A stretch of DNA of 64,000 bases. Origin: Oopsacas minuta (taxonomy: Eukaryota > Animalia > Porifera). The stretch spans positions 1,623,627 through 1,687,626 of the forward strand of contig JAKMXF010000111.1 in NCBI GenBank assembly GCA_024704765.1, in the 5' to 3' direction. Shown here piece after piece: positions 13,801 through 25,383 of the stretch (position 1 is the stretch's first letter; each line of letters starts with the position of its first letter). The notes below the pieces were generated by a model, which saw only the letters and a program-made list of their open reading frames with translations, was not told where the DNA came from and made no database searches. Made by a program: the position numbers and the translations under genes.

Positions 13801-16800
13801 GTCTCAATTCATTTTGAGTTGCCAAAAAACTCATTTTTACTGTACTGTTATAGTATAGTATAGTATAGTATAGTATAGTATAGTATAGTGGGCCAGTATT
13901 GAAATGGGAACCTATATTTTGTTTCTTTAACCGTAGACGGTGCACTGCCAAAACCACGAAGTAAGGGCTGAAACTTTCAGGGTACATGGATAATTAATTA
14001 ATTACTGTGCGGTTGACGATCACTTTGCGCCACTTTAAATTTTCCTATAGGAATTGTATATGTATTAGGTTTTAGTTATAATAATAATAGAGGAGCAAAA
14101 TCATAGTAGGAGGTGATATGCAATATACAGTGGTATTAATAGAATTCCAAAAACTTAGTACATATTAGCTAGACTAGGGAAGAATAATTATCGACACGAT
14201 AGACACAATTTGCGTGACGTCATGAACCACATAAATTGGAAACGCGAATAACTCAATAACGATAACAGCTAGACTGCAGAACTCGGCAAACTCCGGCCTG
14301 CGGGCCAGATCTGACCAGCTAGATGAATTTATCCGGTCCTCGAATCTTTCAGAAATTATTATACTTTTCAGGCTTATGAAAATGTTATCCAAAATTGATT
14401 CAGTTATAGCACTAATAATAGCCCTTACGATAATTTGGAGGCAATAATTGAAAGAAAGAAAGAGTGGGAAGATATTGAGTGAATTAGGTATGATGCTACA
14501 TAAATTTGTTCTGACATTATTTGGGTTTGATCTCTCCACAATATAAATTTAACAAAGTTTAGAACTTTAACCGATTACGGCCGAAGTGTTACTTTCGTAA
14601 CGAAAAGGAATACTAAAATTTCACTACTTCGTTTTAACAAATTCCCGCACTCAAATCGAGATTTTAGCACTTTTTGACTTAATAAAATCAAACATTTTCC
14701 CGGCCGAATTCGGTTAAATCAATATTTGAATACAAGTTTAATAAGTAGATCGAATTTCTAAAGCATTTTGATTTACTTAATGGCATTAGCATGTAAAAAC
14801 GAAAAGTAGAACTTGACAATCGCGTATTTAAGCAAAGTTGGTCAGATCAGAATTTATTAATATGCAGGGAAAAATGCCACTTATCTTTTATACGCTGCAT
14901 CTGTTGCTGTGATAAAGGAGTCCAATTTGAAACCACATTACCAGACAAAAAATTCGGAAAATTTCGATTCTCTTACTGGTGCAGCGAGGAGTAAGATTGC
15001 ATATCTGCAAAGGTCTTTAACTGAGCAACAGAGTAAATTCTTACTTTCTACTAATGAGTTAGAGAATACTACACGTGCTGGTTTCGCTATAAGCGTATTC
15101 ATTGGGAAGCGAATGAAAGCTTTCACTGATTGTGAATTTGTGAAGGAGTGTCTTCTAACTGTGGTAGATAATGTATGTCCGGAAAAATTAGATCTTTTTG
15201 CTAAGATTAGTCCCTCAGCAAGAATCGTTACTCGAAGAATTGAAGATTTCATTACACAAACTCGCTCAACAATTTGAATTATATTCAATTGCACTTGATA
15301 AGAGCACTGATTTGATTGATTCCCAGGTTACAATCTTTATAAGAGGAATCAATCCAACATTTTAAATTACACAGGAATTAGCAAGTTTGGTTTCACTAAA
15401 GAACACCACTACAAGTGTAAATATATTCCAAACAATTCTAAGTGTCATAGATAACTTGGACTTAAATAAAATATTTGTGGGGTAACTACAGATGGTGCTC
15501 CAGGTATGGCCGGAAAGGTGAAGGGAGCAGTTTCTCTGATAGAAAAAGAAATGAGAAAGAAAAGAAAAGAGGCAAGAATGCATCGTATCATCCATCTCGA
15601 GGCCATTTGCGCAAGATCTCTGAAGATGCAAGAAATAATGAGTGTAGTCATAAAAATTGTGAACTCTGTGCATGCAAGAGCTTAGATCATCGTCTATTCA
15701 GCAAATGTTAGAAGAGATGGATTATCAATATGACGAGTTATTATATTATTGCGAATAGGCTGGTTAAGTAGAAGTGCAATGTTGCAAAGAGTTTACCAGT
15801 TGAGAGCAGAATCGAACACTTTTTTGAGACAGAAAGGGATCCAAGTTCCAGAGCTCAGTGATGCGAAATGGATTAGAGATTTTGACTTTCTAGCGGACAT
15901 CACAAGTCATCTAAGTATGCTAAATTCGAAATTACAAGGAATGAATCAATTCATCAACGTCTTCTATGAACGCATTTATGCATTTGAAGTTAATTTACAA
16001 CTATGGGAGTTTCAATTAAAAGAGAGTAATTGTATTCATTTTTCTACACTTCGCCCAGTTTCTTGTTACACCGAATTCATAACTGATCTCAAAATCATCC
16101 AACACTCGATTCGCAGATATGGATAAGCATCGGAAGTATTTTAGCTACTTTGTGATCGTATTTGATGTGTCCAAAATTTGTGATGCTCCAGAAATGTCAG
16201 GACGAACGATCACGTTACCATGGTAGAGGTGATGATGAGAAAGCATTTCGAGATTTCGATGAATTTAACCAAATACATATAGTGCTTCCAACTACTAGTG
16301 CCACTTTAAACAAAATTAACCAATACACCAAGCTGTCGGCCCAGGTTGTAATTTTAGATATTTTGTCTACCAATCATTCATTTTAGCGCTACTAACTCAT
16401 TCAACTCATTCAAAATAATGAGTTTATTTACCAACTCATTTTTATAGCCAAGAGTTAAACTCGAAATAATGAGATTGTTACATAATAACTGATGCATTGC
16501 TGTTACGCGGGAGCAAAATACATTGGTACATCAAATCCCTAGATGATTCCAATTCTTGGAGCAGATAATCTACCTACTTTTCATACTTCCAGGTCCGATT
16601 GGCGTTGTCAACTCATTCATTTGATAACTACCAACTCATTCAACTCATTCAAGAAAATGAGTTGATTTTGCCAACTAAAAATTAGTTGATACAGCCCAGC
16701 GAGTAAAATGGTTGACCTTCTTAGCATATATATACATATGTGTTCTCTTTCCTGTTTCACACCTTTAGAGATTAACACACGAAATTTGACATGTATACTC

Positions 16801-19800
16801 GTACTGACATCTAGTTGTGCTTGGCACCTGACATTTGAAAATTTTAATGTTTATATTTTCAAACCTTTTAGGTGATTAATCATATTTCATACATTTCTAT
16901 GCAAATTTTATACGCATGATAGGGATCAGGTTTCAACATGTTATCATGGGCTCAACAGACATACAGGGGTAATCTAGTACGCTGAATCCGAATTTCGCAT
17001 TATCAATTTTCTCATATGTGAATTTACTGTTGATTTTATGAATATTAAGTAAACAAATATTTGTAATATAAATCAGAAATAATGGAAAATTATGTCGGTA
17101 GAGACGGTGGTGTTATCTTTCAAACCTATATCCACCTAAATGATTAAATTTGAACCAACAAATAATGAACGAAATATGAATATAAATTTAGGGCTGTATC
17201 GGATATCCGGCCGGAACCGGATATGAAAAATGTTCTATCTTATATATAAAAGATGAACGAATGCAATTCAAATTCATACTGCTCTATTTGTGGATTCTTT
17301 TGAAGCCTCACTAAATATACAAAAGCCTAGTATTTGTACAATGTAATAGAGAATAAGCAGAACATGTTCTTGATGTAATATTATTGATGGCATAATTTGT
17401 CAAAAGGATATTTAATCGGATAATCAGATATCCGGGATATGCGCGGATCTGGCCGGAGTAGAGAATCTCTAATCTGGTACAGCTTTAAAAATAATAATTT
17501 ATTTAGATAGGCCTAATATCAAATAACCAACTTCTTAATTTGTCTCTGTGTAAATTTTCAGTACCAAAATCATCATCGTTTTTAGGGACTTCACCGTTAT
17601 CAGTTGTGTCCGTGTTGCCTTTACAACTACAAGAATAGATAGATAATCTATGAAATGAGATACATTAGAGGAGACTTATTCACTCGACATTTAATAATTA
17701 TAGGTATACTACATTAATATTTATTATTAAATTGCTATTTATTTGTTGTCTTTATAAATATAAAGTAAACAAATAATTGAAATCATAAAATATACAGTAA
17801 CTTGCTCTGAATAGGTAAATGAGGTAAAAAAAATACGCTGAATCCGAATTTCGCATTTTCAAGTTTCTCACATGTAAATTTATTGTTATTAAATCAAAAA
17901 ATAGTTCCAGGAACTTGATTTCAAGGATTATTCTATGGCAGGGGTGGGCAAACCCGCGGACCAAATGTGGCCCTCCGATAAGTTTCACTTCAGAAGTCAG
18001 AATAAGGAACAACTTCGCCTAGGAAGACTTATTTAAACCCGAAATGTCCTATGCATAACATTGCATTAGACGTTATCAAGGAACACCTGCATATAAGGCA
18101 GGGTTCCGCAGCCTGTGGTCCGTGATCCCAGAAACCACAATGCACAAGTTTGCATTGTGGATTCTGGTAAGGGATCGACTGGTGCAAAAGGTTGTGGAAC
18201 ACTGATATAAGGGACACTTTTTATCTGCCACAAAGTGTTCCTTGTTCAGAGGTTTTTCCGCATATATTCACTTTTCTTTGAACATTTTCGAATATTACGA
18301 ATGAAGAAGATAATTGAGTAATCAAAGTGTTGCTTGATAAACTGGTTATTCTACTCTCGATAAATCGATGTCCACAGGTCATGCCAGATCTGCAGGACCG
18401 ATTGGGCCGGCCTTGCCTAGCATGCTTGTAACCATGGCCATGTTGTAACTTAAGTCATTTGGTTGAGCTACTACATAATGATATATAGAGTCCTAATGGG
18501 TCACTAGATTGGTCATGGGTCAAATGTTTGAAAACCTAGCCGATTAATAATGTGCAAAGTGAGGTGAGAATGGGTTCCAATGAATTTATTGCAATACACA
18601 TAAAAATGTACCCATTAGATTCATATTGTTTCTCCTAGTTCAAAATTAGTTGCTCTTGATAAGCTTAGCCTTAAAAACAAGGCTTGTCACGAAAAAATGG
18701 CCAGGCTTGAGTTCTTTTAGAAGTAGAGTTAAATTCATCCAAAAATTTACGAAGAACTCCAAAACAAGTAGAGATACTGGCAGATAACGCAAGGTATATT
18801 CGCGAATTCGATAACAAACCCATATCCTCTGCCAGGAACGCTTCAATATACACCTGTCAGCAAAGGGTGCCCAAAAAATGTAAGCCAAAAAGAGACCATG
18901 CTGGACACGAATCCAAGCAAGATTTCAAATCCTCGTTTCAAACAGTAAATATATATGATAGATAGGACATGGTAACGCCAGGTTCTTTAGCTAATTCGAT
19001 AAAAATACCATACACTCTGCCAGTAACGCTTAAGGATGGTGCCCAAAAGTTTGGTTCGCCTCTCTAACGAGGTGGACCATGCTGGCGCAAGATTTCAAAT
19101 CCTCGTGTCAAATAATGGAGATAAATGACAGTAAAATGGTCCGGGGACCAAATTTGGAGTATAGGGACCATTTTTGGCTTGACAGGCTCACCATAAACCA
19201 TTTTTTGGACTAAGGAAATCTAGTATAGAAGAGAAGCTCCTAAAGTAGGTACTCTGTGCAAATCGTGATACTAACTTGAAATTTGGCAGAGAGATACTTT
19301 AGGACATTTTAACAGAATACTTTCGGGAAATGTGTGATTTTATGACTTCAAAAGTTGCTAAAATCTCGATTTATGTACGGAAATTGGTTAAAACAAAGTG
19401 GTAAATTTGGGTGTTTCTTTTCTTACGAACGTAACACCTCGGCCGTAATCGGTTAATAGAAGCCACGGGATCTCATCTTTAAGTAATAATTCTGATACAA
19501 TAATGTCCGTCCCTCTGTCGAACAGTTAGGGGACATTTCAAAAATGCATAACTTTCTCAAATGAATTAATCATATTATTATTGAGAAATTCGTAATCAGC
19601 ATTGAATTTTCAGCAATTTGATGGGTCACATGACCAGATTGCGTTGTCAAGGAGAATTTTTTCCAACATGATCATGTGACCCCTTTAATGAAAGGAAATT
19701 TCATGCCAGTGTTGCTTCTGTTTTATATCTATTAAAATGTCCTAATGTACCTCTCCGCCAATTTTCATGTTAGTATCACGATTTGCACATACTTGGTGCT

Positions 19801-22800
19801 TATCCGCTGTACAAATAGTACGTAGTGTAAGGTAAATATTATATTAGCATATACAGTAAAACCTCCAACAAGTGAAAACCTCCAAAATATGAACACTTTT
19901 CTTGGTCCCAAATTTTTTCCCATTATTTTACATAGTGGTCACCCCTTTAGAATGTGAACACCCCTGAAAAGTGAAAGTGAACACTTAATTTGGTCCCAAA
20001 TGTCTAAATTACATAGGATATGACCTCTTAAAAGTGAACATCAGTTTTTCTGCCAGATTTTTGACTAGCTGTCAGCTTTGTTATCACACTAGTTTTGAAA
20101 GCAGGGATGTTTGATGATGTGGCTTCACAATATACTAGAGGCTTCCTACTACAATGGGCAGAAGAGACAACATATTTGACTGTACAATGCTTTCACACAT
20201 TTTACTACTACAGTTTGTTGAAAAACACTTTATGATAAACCATGAAAAATGAACACATCTCAAAAGTGAACATTTTGCCGGTACGCAGGGTGTTCACCTT
20301 TTGGAGGTTTTACTGTAGGATGGTTACATACCACACAAACAGTTCTTTTATGCCCCATGCAATACAAATATGTAAAATATCATGTCTCTAAACTTGAGTT
20401 ATAGTAATGACCATGGATGGCAATTCTTTGTCAATATCCATTTATAAGTCAAAAACCCTCAATGATATAACAACACTCACTATACCCGATTTTCCCATAC
20501 CCTTATAAGTTATAATACATTTTGATATGATAACTACAATTATTGAACAGTGATCAATAATGCCATTTATGGTCATATTCAAGATTGCGTCATTGTCGTA
20601 GGAGATATCATATAAAATTGTATCATAAGGTATGAGAAGTCGGGTCTCTGCTATAAACCGGCAATAGTAAGGATCGTTAGATTATTGAGGGTTTCGACTT
20701 ATAAATGGATATTGACAAATAATTGCCACATCCATATTCATTACTGTAACTTTATCATGGCAATTTTATGTGTTACAAAAGCATCTTTTACATCATTTCG
20801 TACATTAACTCTGAAATAAAAGATGCGATATTTAACGTTTTACATCTCAACAAAGAATGGGCCATTTTCTCCAAATAATGCTTACCAAGCAAAGAAATTG
20901 GCACATTAAAAAAATTTTCTTTTTGGGATACACTGAATCAAATATAAACTATATGTAGAATATGAAATGCTATCATATATGATAGATACAATGACAATAG
21001 ACATTACTTTAAGCGACTCTTCGAATGCAGTAATTGGTTTACGTATATCAAACCATATTCACCCACCTTTGAGGCTTAGAGTGTAACTTTCCATTTCTCC
21101 CTTGCGTGAGGATATTATTATTGTCATAGTGCCCATTCATGGGGTCTGATTTAAAATTTTGAGAATCTTTAAGTGCCCGGATAATCTTGTCACCACTCTC
21201 CTGATTGAACCTTGTCATCTTGCATGCATCGTCCTTTGGAAACTGAGATCTATTAAGGGTTTGCACATGTCTTGGCCATTGATTTGCCTTCCCGTTTGCT
21301 AATGGCTGCATATAAGCAGAAGATGTAATTCCTTGTGAAGAAGTTATGTTGTTGTTAGGACTAGGATGCCATGGTGTATTTCTTACATTACTAAGTACAT
21401 TCATCCCTCGAGGCAGATCAGCAAAGTTTGTTTGGTTAACGTTGACCGAGTGACGCCTGGAAGGTGGAGGCGGTGGGGGCGGACGATTAGGAGCCACAGG
21501 AGACCTGCTCCTTCCTAAACGTTGTTCTCTACTCTGCCTCGTTAATTCTCGTACCTCAGTTGATCCAGAAAAAACTACTTTTCTTGCTTCTCTCTCCCTT
21601 CCAGAGAACTGTTCAGGTGAGTGCTGAGATCCACGTAGAATTGGCTTAGGCAATGTCCTGTCTATTGGTGAGGGAGCAGACCTCTTTCTACTTAACGACT
21701 CTTTAGAAGGTAAGTCTGTCTGAGCATTACGGTTGACGTTATAGCATTCGTGAGAGCTGGAAGAGCGACGGTGTTGTGGTAATTTTTCCCCTATAAATAG
21801 CTTAGGCTTTGGTAACAACGCAGGTTTATCTAGATTTCTATTTGGCGTTTCCAAAAGATCAGCTGAGTTAGAGCGCCTTAAATTATTCAAGATATCATGG
21901 TCAATCGAATTCCGAGGAGATGGCAATGGTTTGTTAAATATATCATCGTATAAGGGTCTCTTAGCCATCCGTTCTCCGAAAGCAAATTTACGAGATATTA
22001 CTGGGTCGTGTTTTAGCCTTAAAGGTGACAATGGTGCAATGGGTGGCATGCTGGGTAAACCTGATAGTTTGTTTACAGGTGTGAATCTGTTATAGTGGTA
22101 GTCTTTATTGTTAGGGTCATGTGAGCTCGAATTGAAATGACTTACTGGAGAATTAAATTTTTCGCGATACAACTTTCCTTGGGCAGATTGAAACCCAACT
22201 TCAAAAGGCTCTTCTAACGGTTTAATCCGTTTCATTGTGGCAATAGTATTGAACATTACATTTACATAGGCAGCAGGTGATTCTTCGTTCGAGCCATTCT
22301 GATGCTTAAGAGTGTGGTGAACCTGAAGTTCTATATCTTTCTCCATCTCTGAACTGGTCTCCCTCGGGTCCATGTCTAGATAGACGTCAGAGTCCCTGTT
22401 GCTCTGTGAGATGGGAACAAATTTGGACAAAGGGGGGGTTTCCTTAGGCCGGATGCAGTTATAGAGAATACCACTGTTAACTTCTTGTGAGGAGTCAAAA
22501 GCATCCTCATCATCCGGCAAGGGGGGAGTTGCTCCCCGTCTCTTGGTCTCAATGAGCATTGAAGCTGTCTTCGGAGGAATTGGAGGCGGTAAGAAGCCAT
22601 GCGAATGGCTAGAGTGGCTCTCTTCAGTGGTACGAACTCTGTGTATCGGAATTGAGTTGCGAAGGATTTCTCCAGGCTCGTCATATTCGTTCATATCTGG
22701 CGAGACTATATGACCTGAGTATTCCATTTCTGCCTGGTTAAGGTAGGTACGAGGAGGGACCATTGGAATGGGCTCCCGAACGTTAGAGTCAGGTGGAGTG

Positions 22801-25383
22801 TCATACTCAACACTAGCGTAATCTATAGGGCCCTCGTCCAGTTCTGGTGTTATGGATCGTTGGTGATAAGGATCCATGTACGGTCTGTGTTTTAAGTCGT
22901 TTGATGGTAAAACATTCAGGTTTGGATGAGATAGATGTACAGGATGTGCAGGATGACAGATAGAAGGAGAGTGAGAGGGTTGGGCAGGCATGTTAACGAG
23001 TGCTTTGGAGGCTGTTACAGGTCGCAAACTAGTCGCAGGTGGAGGAGGGAGAATTCTTGGTGTCTTAGGATTCATATTCGTTTGAACAGGAACGGAGTGA
23101 GTCTGTCTCAGAACTGGTGTATGTACAATTCCTCTTCCTCTAGGAGGGCATAATATTTCGTTGTTTTCTCCCTCTCCTGGGCCGGGGGGTGGGAAGTAGC
23201 CTATAAAAATATATGTACAATAATATCAGATCCTGACGAAGCCCTGTAAAAGCATTTTGAACAAATTTGTTTCATGCCAGTGAATTTTAGTGGCACAGTT
23301 AACAATGTTCTGAGACACACCTATTGATAAACATGTACAACTCCCCTAGACCTTGCCTATAGGCTCATTTCCTTAGTAACGTCCAGCAGTGCTTCATATT
23401 GCATATTTCGAGTATATATGAATCTATCTCGTTTGGAGCAAAATTTTAGTAAATTTTTCGTTAGATGATTCAGCCTGTTTAAGCGATACAACGATGCTTT
23501 TCTTAAAATTTACACTATAATATAATAATACCATCCAAATTGATTATTCAGCTAAAGTAGTCATGAATCAACATATACCTTGTATTGGGGAACAATTGTC
23601 CGCTTTCTTCTTAGGGGGTCTCAGTAAGCATGGCATACCACCACTAAAGTAGGAGAGGAAGTGAAATTAATATTCTACGAGATATGATTGACAAAAGCAT
23701 TATATTTGCTATTACCTCTGATAAGAGCAGAAATGGGCCAGTAGAGACGGTAGAGTTGGAAAGTATAAGTTAGAACCCTGAGCCTCAAAACCTAACAATC
23801 GTTTAAAATCACAACAGAACACAAATAATTATTTGTTTAATTATTCTAACGCTTCTAAGACCCTTTACGACGTGACGTACCAGCCAAGGAGACTTCCATC
23901 ATATTCAATACGGACAATACCCCACATTATGCATCATACCCGAATTCTCCCTTCTCACAATTCATAAGGGTCTTCAAACCTGATATGGTAATGATTTATT
24001 CCCTACTAGTGGGATTCAGGGCGTGATCTATCTGGTCAACTACCGCTTCGCGATTGTTTAGCATTTAGAATAGATTTTAATTAGGACTAATCATTCTCTA
24101 GGCGTGTTGACATAACTCGCTTATGACACTATATATATTGTTGGGATCTTATAGTACATTGTAAAACTTACCCAAATCAGATTTAAGCAAGAGATAATGA
24201 TTAACTGGTTTAGAAAGATTATCAGGAACTCGTATTGAGAGTGCAAAGGTGTTATCCTGGCTGGATTCCCGGACAATAAATTGCTAAATAGAAAAGCATC
24301 CAATAAAATGAGGTTAGAATTAGGTACATATAAGAGAGAAACATAATTAAGCAGTGTTATGAAATTGAATAGACTTACGCCTGCTTGGTTATTAAATAAC
24401 ATCTCGGTGGCTAGAAGAGAAATACAACTGAAATTGTAATGCTCGTGTTACGCGAGGTTTATTTAATACCAAACGCGAGTTTTAATCTCTTTTTGCAAGT
24501 ATCAGTGTATAATTAGAGATTTCGATCATTTGTTACATTATATTAAAATATTAATAAAAACAACAAGAATTTTACATAAGAGATTTGAAGGCAGCAAATT
24601 TAGGCAGCATCTCTGCTATAATTCCTTATATAAATATCCTATATTGTTTTAGACTGTGGTTTCAAGGAACGCATTTGCGTTCAACAAAGGAAACCTGTAC
24701 ACATTATTAATAAAGAAGCATTTATAATTACCTTCCTCCCTTTTTGCGCGAGCCTTCATCCATAAATTTGGGTGAACAGTGAGATATCTTTTTATTTCCT
24801 CTTCATTCTCGATGTGAGCCAAATCATTATCCTAGAACATGTCTACTCAATTCAGATAGCTCTAGCCAGTGATATGTTGACCAAAAGCCAATGTTCAGCC
24901 GGGAGAGCCGCAATATAATAAAGAATGCGAAATTTTTTGAAATTTTGTCTAAATAGCTTCAAAATAAAAAGCCTTTAAATATATCAAATAATATATCTTA
25001 CTTATATTTGCAAGACTTGATGAATCTTAACATGCTGCATAACAAACCGTTAGAACATTATTTTTTGATATCCAATCATACAATATAGTATTTATACTGA
25101 AGTAGATATTCGATTTGTATATCTTAATATCATTTTTTCACTACTTTATACTATGATTGAAATCGGACCATAACCTGCTTCATTTCTATAATCACTGATA
25201 TGAAATATTCCTGAGCAAAGAGAACCAAAAAGATTTGCGAGACAGTAACTGAAGCGCTCTTTGGCTTTTCATATAATATAATATTAATGTAGAGATGATA
25301 GTACATAGCAGGTACTAATAATATGAGTGTAGAGTGTAGATAGATACTTACCAATACTTCATAAATGTCATCATCATCATCTA
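2475..25383 (-). CDS. RIN: Multi-exon RIN/Sprint-like Ras and Rab interactor (SH2, Pro-rich region, RIN-homology region, VPS9); 5' and 3' ends incomplete
   Basis: Manually assembled exons (minus strand, GT-AG, splice phases match throughout): 25383-25352, 24831-24732, 24410-24379, 24283-24172, 23791-23716, 23643-23579, 23200-21067, 17626-17565, 12301-12244, 10376-10265, 6645-6526, 6246-6131, 4881-4806, 2606-2475. The spliced translation gives an SH2 domain, a Pro-rich segment, a RIN-homology segment and the start of a VPS9 domain, which is the RIN1-3/Sprint domain order. The paralogue cannot be assigned. The remaining VPS9/RA exons were not found and probably lie left of position 1. Confidence 0.85.
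3037..4491 (-). CDS. PIGW: GPI inositol acyltransferase PIG-W/GWT1, single coding exon; start uncertain (first ATG at 4458)
   Basis: 484-aa multi-pass hydrophobic ORF with the GWT1 motifs ILAVDF..FP.RF.K.E.FG.TLMD.GVG, TEYGVHWNFF, NREGIFSSIG and ISR..ANLPY.LW. Confidence 0.95.
   Translation of the reverse strand: MIQVSYKLTHSMSLLEVFLLVLVAPLVLFLRSLILINDRCRQLPQSSSLTWHIVDGILLIFPSVLCFTLLSEFVYEIIITVVVTTVILFMITHHFIATNYQIIWKIPLYPNTNKQFLTNFRSFVNALSCISILAVDFSIFPVRFHKSELFGATLMDIGVGTYIGMSALVLKCITKPREYFKSSFTQRLACTVKSCSLIILIGLGRLALLHLFTYHQPVTEYGVHWNFFLTIAVVRLVAFGVTSLFPLSFFPLMFFWSLPLILLYQWALNNGLTHYIQYGRFEPCLNCTDIREGFLNSNREGIFSSIGLSWIYLASISIGHLLHHNMSTFYQSFKRIIQLSLLAAFTWIVTWLSQEYIQPISRCVANLPYCLWTLSIQLSFLVIFLLVDILVAFLLHSQQQQEQNKERKIEETKSENRLSIKQLQPELLKAVNSYQLIYFLAANLLTGLVNVIIRDTPVWKSIAFLILSGYQTILIVTAVLLNTK
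5500..5588. repeat. 7-bp minisatellite (YGTAGCA)n, about 12 copies
   Basis: Direct reading of the sequence. Confidence 0.95.
6131..12301 (-). CDS. RIN-homology region exons (12301-12244, 10376-10265, 6645-6526, 6246-6131)
   Basis: Spliced translation: KKQRTPTQRVVMYINRLNGWTHPMGNKINSFIKAILKRQQGDGKVNIEKTLEQVRRFLDGVKKHLL...LDAICENCLYNIILRPIYEHLIKQI. This parallels the recalled RIN2 segment TPEKR...FG.LVQDY...LQTIRQFMTQVKNYL...LEKAMHKCILKPL. Confidence 0.8.
6900..7950 (+). repeat. Unclassified dispersed repeat, TGACGTCA-rich; other copies about 10945-11750 (+), 12900-13050 (+, partial) and 14015-14165 (-)
   Basis: Shared blocks such as ATAGTGCCTC...AATAGACTAAGCAG.CGA.ACAGATT, TGCGTCCGTCCTGACAT and CCTAATA.AATTCCT...AAAGTGGC...GTGTCAGAT. 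Confidence 0.75.
8397..8749 (+). mobile_element. Non-autonomous hAT element with an extra internal TIR
   Basis: TIR TAGGGATCGACC at 8397 and reverse copies at 8442-8453 and 8738-8749. The 8-bp flanks TGCTATAC / TGCGATAC differ at one base. An internal FLKSNL remnant resembles the end of a hAT dimerization domain. Confidence 0.75.
8933..9056. mobile_element. Small pogo-type MITE
   Basis: TA|CAGTAAAAT...GAGTTTACTG|TA with imperfect TIRs. Confidence 0.5.
13050..13480 (-). mobile_element. pogo/Tigger (CENP-B HTH) transposase relic
   Basis: The minus strand reads NLDEALLI*FRNARERKVPINGTILM...SRWLQK*...HNLTYIKLRG, the CENP-B-type HTH signature, with in-frame stops. Confidence 0.75.
13849..13889. 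repeat. (TATAG)n microsatellite
   Basis: Direct reading of the sequence. Confidence 0.95.
14277..16126 (+). mobile_element. Decayed hAT transposon (Buster/SPIN/GTF2IRD2-EPM2AIP1-like transposase), frameshifted
   Basis: Left end CAGAACTCGGCAAACTCCGGCCTGCGGGCC at 14277. Coding remnants from the ATG at 14780: KRKV...RVF...W, VIKESNLKPHYQTK, FTDCEFVKECLL, ALDKSTD, TTDGAPGM, RIGWLSRSAMLQRVYQLR, FLADITSHLSMLNSKLQG. No right end was identified. Confidence 0.9.
14560..14720 (+). repeat. Dispersed repeat starting TTAACCGATTACGGCCGAAGTGTTA; copies about 19320-19456 (-), 29318-29560 (+), 43165-43215 (-, partial) and 45143-45290 (+)
   Basis: Direct visual identity of about 130-150-bp heads in five places. 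Confidence 0.8.
17189..17487. mobile_element. hAT-like MITE with ATCCGG/CCGGAT subterminal motifs
   Basis: TAGGGCTGTATCGGAT ... ATCTGGTACAGCTTTA; no clean TSD. Confidence 0.55.
19854..20315. mobile_element. pogo/Tigger-type MITE
   Basis: TA|CAGTAAAACCTCCAA ... TTGGAGGTTTTACTG|TA, with internal AAAAGTGAACA repeats. Confidence 0.9.
20397..20751. repeat. Inverted repeat with ~70-bp arms (MITE relic)
   Basis: TTTGTCAATATCCATTTATAAGTC (about 20427-20450) matches GACTTATAAATGGATATTGACAAA (about 20696-20719) in reverse. Confidence 0.7.
21067..23200 (-). CDS. 2134-nt internal exon of the RIN-like gene, proline-rich and low-complexity (ORF track 21048..23075)
   Basis: The frame is open from the acceptor TATAG|G at 23200 to the donor CAAAG|GTGGGT at 21067. 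Phases match the flanking exons 23643-23579 and 17626-17565. It carries many PxxP and Tyr motifs. Confidence 0.85.
23579..24831 (-). CDS. SH2 domain of the RIN-like gene, split over five small exons
   Basis: Spliced translation: HPNLWMKARAKREEATEMLFNNQAGQFIVRESSQDNTFALSIRVPDNLSKPVNHYLLLKSDLGFEAQGSNLYFPTLPSLLAHFCSYQSGGMPCLLRPP. It contains the FIVRES (FLVRES-type) motif, and the HPxW start and closing segment resemble RIN-family SH2 domains. Confidence 0.9.

Noticed and set aside
16390-16690. AACTCATT repeats (and the 5500 array) as a CRISPR-like array
   Set aside because: No constant repeat-spacer periodicity, no cas genes and a eukaryotic context; better explained as TE subterminal repeats or a minisatellite.
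18000-19100. GC-richer stretch as a piggyBac or other transposase relic
   Set aside because: Cys-containing frames exist, but I could not recover a convincing motif order in any frame, so it is left unassigned.
21048-23075. ORF-track 675-aa protein as a stand-alone gene
   Set aside because: The frame is open upstream to an acceptor at 23200 and has a good donor at 21067. Phase-compatible SH2 and RIN-homology exons flank it, so it is an internal exon.
23940-23979. Candidate RIN exon LKTLMNCEKGEF
   Set aside because: It is phase-compatible, but exon 23791-23716 fits the same slot and completes the SH2 fold (FEAQGSNLYFPTLPSLLAHF), whereas this one does not.
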